Origin: Longimicrobiales bacterium
GTDB taxonomy: Bacteria; Gemmatimonadota; Gemmatimonadetes; Longimicrobiales; Gaopeijiaceae
DNA: 64,000 nt
Direction of reading: 5' to 3'
NCBI GenBank assembly: GCA_965238005.1
Contig: OZ250165.1
Coordinates: 4,672,001-4,736,000, forward strand
The stretch's first letter is position 1. The number at the start of each line of letters is the position of its first letter. The position numbers and the translations under genes are program-made. The notes below the pieces were generated by a model. That model was not told the origin of the DNA, did no database searches, and worked only from the letters and a program-made list of their open reading frames with translations. This document shows, piece after piece, positions 47,489 through 56,378 of the stretch.

Positions 47489-48898
47489 CCCCCTCAGTCC
47501 CAGGCCCAAGTATCCGGAGCCGAAGAGCACGATGAACGGTACCGACCCGTAGAACCCGGCCGCGAGGGCCCCGGCGAGGTAGCCGACCATGACCACACCC
47601 AGGGACAGCTTGAGAATCAGATCACGGGCGGGGATCGGAGCCCGGTACGAAACCCGGGTCGCCTCGCCCTTCTTGGGAGTGCGCACGAACGGATCATCGC
47701 CTCCATGGAAGAGCCCCCGGATCACGGACCCGGTCACCGCCACCGTCAGCCCGATGCCCAGAGCCAAGGCCTGCGGCACTGCCCGCAAGCTCCAGCTCCG
47801 GCTCCGGCCCCGCTTGGAGGCCGCTTGGGAGTAGAACACGAGGAACGGCACCGTAGCCGCCGTGAACACCAGGAGGTCGGGCAGCAGATAGTGCTCGACC
47901 CCCAGCGCACGTCGGGCGATTTGGGAGGGGACGAGCAGTAGCCCCAGAAGCAGCGTCAGGGGGTGGGCTAAATGTCCGCAAAGGTGCACGGTCCCCTCCA
48001 ACTTCACCCCCAGCGGCCATGGTCCCCGAAGCAGCTCAGGGAGGACCCTCTTCGCGGTGGTCCCTCCCTGAGCCCAACGCCTCTGCTGTACCTCCAGGGC
48101 GCCGACGGTAGACGGGATCTCGGCCGGAACGCCGACGTCCTCCAGGAAGACGAAGCGCCACCCCTTCATCTGGGCCCTGTAGCTGAGGTCCAGATCCTCG
48201 GTCAGCGTGTCGGCCCGCCAGCCCCCGGCCTCGTGGATGCAGGTGCGCCGCCACATGCCGGCCGTGCCGTTGAAGTTGAAGAAGTGCCCGCTCTTGTACC
48301 GACCACCTTGCTCGAAGAAGAAGTGTCCGTCGAGGAAGAGACTCTGGCCCTTGGTCAACCAGCTCTCGTCCGAGTTCAGATGGTCCCAGCGGGCCTGCAC
48401 CATGCCGACCCCCGGATCACGGAAGGGGGGCAGGATCCTCCGGATCAGATCGGGCGGTGCGACGAAGTCCGCGTCGAGGACGAGAAGGAAGTCTCCTCGC
48501 GATCGCTCGGTCCCGTAGGCCAGGGCGCCGGCCTTGAAGCCGGCCCGCGTCCCTCGGCGCATATGCTCCACCGACACGCCCCTGGCTCGCCACCCCTCGG
48601 CCAGAGCCTCCGCGGTGCCGTCGGTGGAGTCGTCCAGGATCTGCACGTCGAAGCGGTCACGGGGATAATCCTGCCCACACGCTGCATCCACGAGCCGTTC
48701 GATGACATGGACCTCGTTGTAGATGGGCAGCTGGATCGTAACCCGAGGAAGCTTGGACTCGGGCCAGGGGTCCAGAACGGCCGACTTCGGCCGTCTGGAG
48801 AGCACCAGCAAATACGCCCGGTGCAGCGCGAAAGGAAGGAGCAGGGCGAGCACACCTGCCGTGAGAATCAAGGTGATGTAGGCCAGTACTTCCGGCAT
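47318..48898 (-). CDS. Cellulose-synthase-like GT2 glycosyltransferase
   Basis: TIQLPIYNE, LDDSTD, GFKAGAL, DADF, TLTEDLDLSYR, QQRRW, FVRTPK. Confidence 0.9.
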   Translation of the reverse strand: MPEVLAYITLILTAGVLALLLPFALHRAYLLVLSRRPKSAVLDPWPESKLPRVTIQLPIYNEVHVIERLVDAACGQDYPRDRFDVQILDDSTDGTAEALAEGWRARGVSVEHMRRGTRAGFKAGALAYGTERSRGDFLLVLDADFVAPPDLIRRILPPFRDPGVGMVQARWDHLNSDESWLTKGQSLFLDGHFFFEQGGRYKSGHFFNFNGTAGMWRRTCIHEAGGWRADTLTEDLDLSYRAQMKGWRFVFLEDVGVPAEIPSTVGALEVQQRRWAQGGTTAKRVLPELLRGPWPLGVKLEGTVHLCGHLAHPLTLLLGLLLVPSQIARRALGVEHYLLPDLLVFTAATVPFLVFYSQAASKRGRSRSWSLRAVPQALALGIGLTVAVTGSVIRGLFHGGDDPFVRTPKKGEATRVSYRAPIPARDLILKLSLGVVMVGYLAGALAAGFYGSVPFIVLFGSGYLGLGLRGLDDLGRLHLGRRHASPGEPRGIVGKQSEDRGPEQQAGPHGLRPDSLGVIRLEAPVA

Positions 48899-48984
48899 GC
48901 AGCTCGCTCGGGTGATGAAGGAGATGAGAAGCGGGGACCTCGTTGTCCAGTGTACTTCAAACCCGGCCGCCGGTCATGGGGTTC

Positions 48985-49449
48985 CTACGGACCCTCCTCG
49001 ATCTCAGCGGTCCAGGTGATCTCCACCGCACCCTTCAGGCTCTGGGCAGTGGGGCACTTGTCCACGTGCCGCTCCAGCGCCTCGTCCACGATCTCCCGGG
49101 TCCCTTCGGGAATCTGGATGGTGTAGTGGACATGGATCTTGGTGAGGACCGGGATCTTGTCCCGCATCTCGTTGAAGCCCTCGGCACTCAAGCGGATGTG
49201 ATCGCTCGGCAACTTGACCCCGCGCACTTCCAGTGCGCCGATGAGAGTCCCGAGTAGTCAGCCGGCCGCCGACGCCACCAGATAGTCGACGGGCAATGGC
49301 AGGTTGGGCTCCGAGTCCAACCCGTAGTGGGCCTTCACCGGGCCGTGCACGCCGAAGTCGATCTGGGTGCCATCCTCCAGGAGAGCCCGTCGATGGACTC
49401 CCGACAGCCTCCCAACCTCGGCCCGGGCGACGTAGAACGGATCGTTCAT
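48985..49449 (-). CDS. OsmC/Ohr family protein, probable selenoprotein (Sec64 from in-frame TGA 49258-49260)
   Basis: One continuous frame MNDPFY...PVDYLVASAAG-TGA-LLGTLIGALEVRG...HVDKCPTAQSLKG; TGA occupies the first catalytic Cys position. Confidence 0.85.
49216..49249 (-). promoter_or_regulatory. Candidate bacterial SECIS element
   Basis: mRNA after UGA: GACUCUC-AUCG-GCGCACU-GGA-AGUGCGC-GGGGUC; perfect 7-bp upper stem, G-led loop starting 27 nt after UGA. Confidence 0.7.
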
Positions 49450-49640
49450 TCCTCCACCTCCCCCTCGTGTTCGGTAGCCGCCACCTCGAAGCCCGGGCAA
49501 GCGAGCACGGGGAGCGGTGGATACTTCGGATATCGCGAGTCCTCGAAGGATCGCTCGCAAAGATAAAAGATAGACGCTCGCTCGTTCTCGACCAGTCGGA
49601 CGAAGGCGCACCTCTCACAGAGCCCCACCGCCCTACTCAT
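49446..49640 (-). CDS. Small 4-Cys protein (64 aa), putative metal-binding
   Basis: MSRAVGLCERC...FYLCERS...YPKYPPLPVLACPGF; ATGA overlaps with both neighbours. Confidence 0.75.
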   Translation of the reverse strand: MSRAVGLCERCAFVRLVENERASIFYLCERSFEDSRYPKYPPLPVLACPGFEVAATEHEGEVEE

Positions 49641-50373
49641 GGCCGAATTCCCAGCAGCGCCGCCTGGCGCTCGGATCGCCCTCCCCGGTGTGAGAACAAA
49701 CCGGCGGTTCCACACAGAGTGCAGTGCTCCGAAACCGTGATGCGGCTCTCTTGGATACCCAGTGCGCGGGCCCGAGAGACCAGAAGGGCTCGTACGTCCA
49801 CCGGCGTGGGACCGGACGGTGTTGGCAGCCCCAGGGCGTCGCAGACCTCCGGGCCAACCTCGTAGCAGGCCCCGCAGATGGCCGGGCCGAGATGCGCGTG
49901 TAGGTGGGCAGCGTCCGAGGCGAACTGTGTGTGGAGCGTCTGGATCCCCTCCGCCATGATGCCGCCCGCTATCCCCCTCCATCCAGCGTGTAGAAGAGCC
50001 ACGACCCGCCGCTCCGGGTCCACGAGGTAGACCGGCACGCAGCCGGCCACCGTCACCGCGAGCAGCACCCCGGGCGTGGATGTGGCATGCCCGTCCGCCG
50101 GACCGCTGTCGACATGTACCCCCGTGGGAGTGCGTCGTACACGGCCACCCTGGTCTCGTGGACCTGACGAGCGTGGGCGACCGTGCCGAAGCCTGTGGCC
50201 ATCAGAACGGCTCGCCAACGATCGTCCGCCCGGGGGGGTGGAGACTCCCCAAAGAGCCGGAGGTCGAAGGGATCGTTCTTGGAGCCCGCGTGGGTGATGC
50301 CGGCCATCACCCATGGAAAGCGGTCCGCCCACGCACCCACGGGATGAAACGGGATACCGGCGTCGGCAAGCAT
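49637..50373 (-). pseudogene. pgeF: PgeF/YfiH (laccase-domain, purine nucleoside phosphorylase-like) protein with a 1-nt frameshift near 50125 (real or sequencing error)
   Basis: ARQVHE in one frame; ADGH, VAGCVPV, LHAGWRG, LGPAICGACYEVG, FSHR in the next; start uncertain. Confidence 0.75.
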
Positions 50374-50386
50374 GTCGAAAACTCTA

Positions 50387-50749
50387 GAAGGCTGTTGAGG
50401 AAGTACAGTGCGTCGCGCACAGGATGCTTGCGCGCGTTCAGACAAGGAACGACGACGAGTCGTAGCCGAGCTACGGCGAGGAGGAGAGACGCAGGATCAA
50501 CCGCGCAACCACCCTGTGCCCAACGGAATAGTTGCTATGAACTTACGTGTTCGTGGGTTGCGGTGGCACGGCCCCGACCACGCTTCGCGTGGTGCCCCCG
50601 TTGTTGGAGCTCCTAACCGTAGCGACGGCTATGGCCTCGTCGCTCCGACCCACGCTGTCGCGCGGGTACCCCGGATCTGGGGCCGTGGCATCCCGGGTAC
50701 CCGTGCGGTAGCACGGGTGGCGACCCGCTGTACTTCCTCATCAGCCTTC
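50387..50749. mobile_element. MITE-like non-coding element with 30-bp terminal inverted repeats
   Basis: gaaggctgttgaggaagtacagtgcgtcgc (50387-50416) vs reverse complement of 50720-50749, 27/30 identical; CTAG at the left edge. Confidence 0.7.
50575..50598. repeat. REP-like palindrome with GCGAAGC core, copy 2
   Basis: cgaccacgcttcgcgtggtgcccc; 18-bp core flanked by GCCCC on both sides. Confidence 0.75.
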
Positions 50750-50859
50750 AGACCCCCGAGGCGATTTTCAAGGAAAAAGCTCGGAGCCCCCGGCGCGGCT
50801 CCACGTCGCCGCCGGTGTGCCGCGCGGGGGCCCACTCTTGCCGATCCGTGGTCGTCGGT

Positions 50860-53325
50860 CTACCGCACGCCGGTCACGCGGAGACCCGCCACCAGAGTGC
50901 GGGGCAGTCCGGGACGGAGCCCAGCCGGGCGCCTCGCCACGCTGTAACGCTCGTCCGAGACATTCTGGACGCCGGCGAACACGGTCCCCCTGCGGTCGAG
51001 CTGCAGCTCCCCGGCCAGGTTGAATACCACGTACGAGTCCGTGCCCTCCCCCCCTGGGATGGGACCTCGACCGGCCCGCGTTCGCATAGCGCCCGACGCC
51101 ATCGTGGAGAGCGTGACGCTCCACCGCGGATGATCGTACCCGATGCTGCCGCTCATCTGGTGCGCGGGGAGGTATGGGAGGCGGTCGCCGATCTCAACCT
51201 CGCCCCAGGGACCGTAGTCGGAGTCGAAGGAAGACCGGAATTCGGCACGCGTATGCGTATAGGTGATCCGTAGGGGCACACGACCCGCCCAGCCGCGTCC
51301 CCAGGCGAAATCGTAGTCCACGGAGACCTCGACACCCGCTACCGCGGCGTCCCCTCCGTTGTACGCCTCGCCCGTGCCATCCTCGGTGGTGGCCAGCGTC
51401 GCCCGTCCGAGGATGTTCGCGTAGTCGCTGTAGAACGCGCTCGCCTGGGCGGCCAACCCCGAGTTCCGCCACCTCCCGCCGAACTCGTAGTTGACGCTGC
51501 TCTCCGGGCGCGTGGCCTCGGCGGCACCGGGTCCCTGAGGTCCGAACCCCTTGTGAACACCCCAGAAGAGGTTGAGGTCACGGGCGGCACGATACGAGAA
51601 CCCGATGCCGGGGATCCACACATTCACCCGGTTCTCCCGAACCCGGGCGGGGTCGTCGCTGGCGTAGTCCGTTCGGGCGAAGTCGATGTGCTCGAAACGG
51701 ACCCCGGGAGTCACGACCAGGCGTCCGAGCTCGACTTCGTCCTGCACGAAGAAGGCGAGCGCGTCGGCCGAGCTCACCCGATTGGACTGGCTCCCGGGCT
51801 CACCAACGGTCGTGAGGACCATGGTACCGTCCTGCATCTGGAACGCGTCCTCCCACTGGAAGCGGTCCTCCTGGTCACGGTGGAACCGAAGGCCCAGCTC
51901 GAGCTCATGACGGCCGAGGCCGAGGCCCACCGTCGACTGCACACCCTCGGCGAAGTAATCACGATTGTTTGCCCGAACCCTGAGTGCGTCGGGGTCGCTA
52001 CCCTCCCCGCGCAGGATCTCGAGGGCCGGCGCATTCTCGTCAGGAGCATCCAAGACCTTGCTGATGCCCGTGCCCAGCACGCTCTGCAGCTTGTACCAAT
52101 TCCGGGAGAAGTCAGTGCGATACGCCGTCGTCGTTACGTCGCCGGCACCGCGGGTCCAGAAGTGGCGGAGCTGAATCTGCGAGTGCTCGGCCTTCATCAG
52201 GTCCGACTCGGAGGCCGGGTATCGGTACAGCGGATTCGTGGCGAAGTCCGCGTCCGTGAGGCCGAGATAGGTCTCTGCCGACTCCTCGTCGGTGTAGCCG
52301 AGCTTGATCTCCAGCTCCTGATACGAGGGGCCTTCACGATCGCTGTTGACCCGAACCTTCCCCATGAAGTCGGCCACGTCGAAGCCCGTCCCCGCGCCGG
52401 TGTCCAGCTCCTTGAAGCCGTCGGTCTCCAGCGTGTACCCCTCCAGGAGCCACCCGAAGCGGGTGCCGGAGTCACCGATCCGGCCGTGACCCCTCAGGGT
52501 GGCGTTCTCACCCGCGGCTCCCTCCATGAACCACGAGAGCCGATCGGGGATGGACGACGAGACGAGGTTGATCGCGCCACCGATGGTGCGGGGACCATAC
52601 TTGACCTGGCTCGATCCCTTCCGGACCTCCACGGCCTCCATGCGCCCGGCCACCGGAAAGTAATAGGCAGACGGAGCCGTGTAGGGAGCGGGGGCGATGA
52701 GTACGCCGTCCTCCATGAGGGTGATCTTGGAGCTCCGGTCCACACCCGTCCCCCTGAGCCCGATGTTGGGACGAAGCCCGAACCCGTCCTCGTCCTGGAC
52801 GTTCACCCCCGGAACGAGGCGCAGGAAGTTGTGGATGTTGTCGAACACGAAGGCGGGAGACTCCAGGTCCGCCGCGACCAGCACGTGCGCAGCCCCGGGA
52901 ATCTCGTCGATGCCAAGGGGGTCACCGATCATCCGGGTGCGCGCAGTGAGGACCCTGATCGGGTCCAGGCGGATCGGTCCGGCACCCATCTCGGCGGTCA
53001 CCCGGAGCTCCCTGTCGTCGACCACCGTCACCGTCTTGGTGAGGGTCGAGTAGCCGAGGCGCACGAACCGTAGCGAGACGGTGCCTAGGGGGATCCCCCT
53101 CAGCGCGTAGCGTCCGGCGTCATCGGACAGGGTGCGAAGGGATGTGCCCACCACCTCGACCGAGGTTCCAGCAAGGGCCGAGCCGTCCTCGGTGGCCTGG
53201 ACGAACCCTGCAATCCTGCCGGGGCCGTCCTGTGCATTGACAGAAGGTGACAACAGCGAGGCTACGACGATCAGCTGGAGGATCCTGCGAACGGAGACAC
53301 TCATGGCCCTGGCCTCACTCGGCAT
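50860..53325 (-). CDS. TonB-dependent receptor, FecA-like
   Basis: Signal peptide, carboxypeptidase-like N domain, plug GLRPNIGLRG...EVRKGS...GGAIN, C-term GLRPGLPRT. Confidence 0.92.
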   Translation of the reverse strand: MPSEARAMSVSVRRILQLIVVASLLSPSVNAQDGPGRIAGFVQATEDGSALAGTSVEVVGTSLRTLSDDAGRYALRGIPLGTVSLRFVRLGYSTLTKTVTVVDDRELRVTAEMGAGPIRLDPIRVLTARTRMIGDPLGIDEIPGAAHVLVAADLESPAFVFDNIHNFLRLVPGVNVQDEDGFGLRPNIGLRGTGVDRSSKITLMEDGVLIAPAPYTAPSAYYFPVAGRMEAVEVRKGSSQVKYGPRTIGGAINLVSSSIPDRLSWFMEGAAGENATLRGHGRIGDSGTRFGWLLEGYTLETDGFKELDTGAGTGFDVADFMGKVRVNSDREGPSYQELEIKLGYTDEESAETYLGLTDADFATNPLYRYPASESDLMKAEHSQIQLRHFWTRGAGDVTTTAYRTDFSRNWYKLQSVLGTGISKVLDAPDENAPALEILRGEGSDPDALRVRANNRDYFAEGVQSTVGLGLGRHELELGLRFHRDQEDRFQWEDAFQMQDGTMVLTTVGEPGSQSNRVSSADALAFFVQDEVELGRLVVTPGVRFEHIDFARTDYASDDPARVRENRVNVWIPGIGFSYRAARDLNLFWGVHKGFGPQGPGAAEATRPESSVNYEFGGRWRNSGLAAQASAFYSDYANILGRATLATTEDGTGEAYNGGDAAVAGVEVSVDYDFAWGRGWAGRVPLRITYTHTRAEFRSSFDSDYGPWGEVEIGDRLPYLPAHQMSGSIGYDHPRWSVTLSTMASGAMRTRAGRGPIPGGEGTDSYVVFNLAGELQLDRRGTVFAGVQNVSDERYSVARRPAGLRPGLPRTLVAGLRVTGVR

Positions 53326-53375
53326 CTATATGTAAACCCGGCGTTGGCGCTCTCAACGCGTCCCGTCGATAGGCA

Positions 53376-53394
53376 AATGAGAACGATTCTCATT
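53376..53394. promoter_or_regulatory. Fur-box-like operator
   Basis: Palindrome AATGAGAA-cga-TTCTCATT about 50 bp upstream of the TonB receptor. Confidence 0.75.
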
Positions 53395-53549
53395 CGCAAC
53401 AACGAATGTACATCCCGTTAGACTTGGGGTCAACAAGGAATTCGGACCTGAGTCGGGGCTCCCTGAGGCGGGAAATTCCACTAGTTTAGGAGTTCCATTT
53501 TGAGGTCGATGGGGACGGCCTTTCCGGCCCCGTCTGAAGCCCGAGAGCG

Positions 53550-56378
53550 ATGGAAGACAAGCCCTTCGACAGTCAGAACGCCGGGTACGTCCAGGCACTC
53601 TATGAGGAGTTCGCCCGAAACCCCGACGCAGTGCCCGAGGAGTGGCGGCGGTTCTTCTCGTTGGGTCCGACCGCCGCCCGGGAGGCAGGGCTCATGGTGC
53701 CCGAAAGTCTGGCGGCGAACGGGGGCGGAGCGGTTGTGGAGGCACCCGTCCGCGGCGGGAGCCAGGCCCCGACGGCGGAGCTCGACGCCGTGCCGGGCCA
53801 GGCGGACACCCTGCGCCGCATGATGCCCGTCGTGGCGAAGGCCACGTCCTTCGCTCAGGCGTTTCGCGATCATGGGCATCACCTCTCTCAGATCGACCCA
53901 CTAGGCTCTCCTCCGCCAGGGCACCCGCAGCTCGACCCCTCTTTCTTCGGCACGAGCATGGAGGAGCTCGAGGAGCTACCGGCATCGCTCGTCATGGAGG
54001 GCGGGGGCGACGAATCCCTCGCCCATGCCCTGAAGAGGCTCCAGGACGCCTACTGCGGCACCATAGGCTACGAGTTCGAGCACCTCGAGGACCCATCTGT
54101 CGTTCGGTGGCTCTGGGATCAGGTTGAGTCGGGAGTCCATGCGCAGCCCATCGAGGCGGGAGAGCAGGTGCGACTCCTGCAACGACTCACCGAAGTCGAG
54201 GGATTGGAGCAATTCATCCACAAGGCCTACCTGGGTCAGAAGCGCTTCTCCATCGAAGGGACGGACATGATGGTCCCCATGATGGACCTCGCCCTGGAGG
54301 AGGCCACCCGGGCAGGAGCCGAACGGGTCGTCCTGGGAATGGCTCATCGCGGCCGGCTCAACGTCCTCGCCCACTTCGTGGGTGTGGGATACGAGGAGAT
54401 CATCCGCGAGTTCGAGGGTGTCGAAGCCAAGGGCGCCTTCACAGTGGAAGGCACGGGCGACGTGAAGTACCACCACGGAGCAGAGGGAGTGCGCAGCCTC
54501 CCCGATGGATCCGTGATCCACATCATCCTCGTACCGAATCCAAGCCACCTCGAATTCGTGAACCCCGTGGTGGAGGGCGTGGCGCGCGCCCTCCAGCACC
54601 GTGGAGACCAGCAGGGCGCCGAACAGGATACGTCCGCCGTGGTGCCCATCCTCATCCACGGTGACGCGGCGTTCGCCGGCGAGGGCGTCGTGGCCGAGAC
54701 GCTGAACCTCGGAAGGCTGAGGGGCTATACGACGGGCGGAACCATCCACCTCATCGCCAACAACCAGATCGGCTTCACGACCCTTCCCATCGACGGTCGC
54801 TCTACTCGCTACGCCAGCGACCTCGCCAAGGGATTCAGCTTCCCCATCATCCATGCGAACGCCGACGACGCTGAGGCGTGCCTGACCGCGGTTCGGCTCG
54901 CCATGGCGTACCGGGCCGAGTATCAAGACGACGTCGTCATCGACCTGGTGGGCTACCGCCGCTATGGCCACAACGAGGGTGACGAGCCTGCCTACACCCA
55001 GCCCTTCGAGTCGAAGACGATCAAAGATCATCCGACGGTGCGTGCCATCTACGCCGAGAAGCTCATGAAGGCGGGGGTCCTGAGCGCCGAGGACGTGGAG
55101 GCCCTGGAGGCCCGTGTGTCGGGCTACCTCCGCGAAGCCCAGGACAAGGTGCAGAGCGAGGACCGCCCTTCCCACGATGCGATGGAGGACTCGAACCTGG
55201 AGCCGCCCAAGGGGTTGGTCCCGTCGGTGCCGCTGGAGGTTCTGGTGGACGTGAACGCCGCTTCCATGGCGACCCCCAAGGGCTTCAGCATGCACCCCAA
55301 GCTCAAGAGACAGCTGGCGAAGCGTGACGACGGCTTTGGGCCGCACTTCCTCCTGGACTGGGGTCATGCCGAGGCCCTGGCGTTCGGCTCGCTTCTCTGG
55401 GAGGGCATCCCGGTGCGGCTCACCGGACAGGACTCCCAGCGCGGCCCCTTCAGCCACCGGCACCTCGTGCTCCACGACTCGGAGACGGGCCAGGAGCATA
55501 CGCCTCTGGCACACTACGGAGACGCGCGCTTCACGGTCCTCAACTCGCCCCTCTCCGAGATGGCCGTGCTGGGCTTCGAATACGGCTACAGCGTTGCGTC
55601 GGAGAAGGACCTGGTTCTCTGGGAGGCCCAGTTCGGCGACTTCGCAAACGCCGCCCAGGTCTCCATCGACCAGTTCGTGTCTTCAGGTTGGGAAAAGTGG
55701 GGGCAGGTGGCCACACTGGCCATGCTCCTTCCGCACGGCTACGAGGGGCAGGGGCCGGAGCACTCGAGCGCGCGACTGGAGCGCTTCCTACAGCTGTGCG
55801 CGGAGGACAACATGCGTGTGGTGTCCCCCACTAATCCGGCACAGCACTACCACCTCCTCCGGCGACAGGCGCACGTCCGGCCGGAGCGGCCCCTGGTGGT
55901 CATGACGCCCAAGAGCCTCCTCCGTCATCCGAGGGCCACGTCCACCGTCTCCGATCTGGTGGAGGGAAGCTTCCGGCCCGTCCTGGACGATCCCTCGGTG
56001 GTCGAGCCCGAGGCCGTCACCCGCCTGCTGCTCTGCTCCGGAAAGCTTTACTACGACCTGGTCGGCAGTGAGCTCCGCGAGAACCTGCCCGGCGTGGCCG
56101 TGGCGCGACTGGAGGAGCTCTATCCGTTCCCGGGATCCGGGGTCGAGGAGCTCCTAGCTCGCTATCCGTCCGTTCGTGAGCTGGTCTGGGCTCAGGAGGA
56201 GCCGCGAAACATGGGAGCCCTCTCGTACGTGGGCCCGCGCCTCAGGGCCGTGGTCCCTCGGGAGCTGAAGCTCAGCCACGTGGCCCGCCCCGAGCGAGCC
56301 AGCCCCTCCGAGGGGAAGCACATCGATCATGTGGTGGAGCAGGCCCGAGTGATTCGGGAGTCGCTCAAAGTGGGCTAG
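53550..56378 (+). CDS. sucA: 2-oxoglutarate dehydrogenase E1
   Basis: GQKRFSIEG, GMAHRGRLNVL, GDVKYH, HGDAAFAGEG, WEAQFGDFAN, GQGPEHSSARLERFLQ. Confidence 0.96.
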   Translation: MEDKPFDSQNAGYVQALYEEFARNPDAVPEEWRRFFSLGPTAAREAGLMVPESLAANGGGAVVEAPVRGGSQAPTAELDAVPGQADTLRRMMPVVAKATSFAQAFRDHGHHLSQIDPLGSPPPGHPQLDPSFFGTSMEELEELPASLVMEGGGDESLAHALKRLQDAYCGTIGYEFEHLEDPSVVRWLWDQVESGVHAQPIEAGEQVRLLQRLTEVEGLEQFIHKAYLGQKRFSIEGTDMMVPMMDLALEEATRAGAERVVLGMAHRGRLNVLAHFVGVGYEEIIREFEGVEAKGAFTVEGTGDVKYHHGAEGVRSLPDGSVIHIILVPNPSHLEFVNPVVEGVARALQHRGDQQGAEQDTSAVVPILIHGDAAFAGEGVVAETLNLGRLRGYTTGGTIHLIANNQIGFTTLPIDGRSTRYASDLAKGFSFPIIHANADDAEACLTAVRLAMAYRAEYQDDVVIDLVGYRRYGHNEGDEPAYTQPFESKTIKDHPTVRAIYAEKLMKAGVLSAEDVEALEARVSGYLREAQDKVQSEDRPSHDAMEDSNLEPPKGLVPSVPLEVLVDVNAASMATPKGFSMHPKLKRQLAKRDDGFGPHFLLDWGHAEALAFGSLLWEGIPVRLTGQDSQRGPFSHRHLVLHDSETGQEHTPLAHYGDARFTVLNSPLSEMAVLGFEYGYSVASEKDLVLWEAQFGDFANAAQVSIDQFVSSGWEKWGQVATLAMLLPHGYEGQGPEHSSARLERFLQLCAEDNMRVVSPTNPAQHYHLLRRQAHVRPERPLVVMTPKSLLRHPRATSTVSDLVEGSFRPVLDDPSVVEPEAVTRLLLCSGKLYYDLVGSELRENLPGVAVARLEELYPFPGSGVEELLARYPSVRELVWAQEEPRNMGALSYVGPRLRAVVPRELKLSHVARPERASPSEGKHIDHVVEQARVIRESLKVG

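Noticed and set aside
49258..49260. OsmC nonsense pseudogene or genome-wide TGA reassignment
   Set aside because: The stop falls on the catalytic Cys codon with a hairpin behind it, and TGA ends many normal genes here; a nonsense mutation is less likely but not excluded
50420..50760. tmRNA, 6S RNA or RNase P RNA
   Set aside because: Structured, but I see no diagnostic conserved ends or motifs; the terminal inverted repeats fit a MITE better. An Rfam scan is still needed
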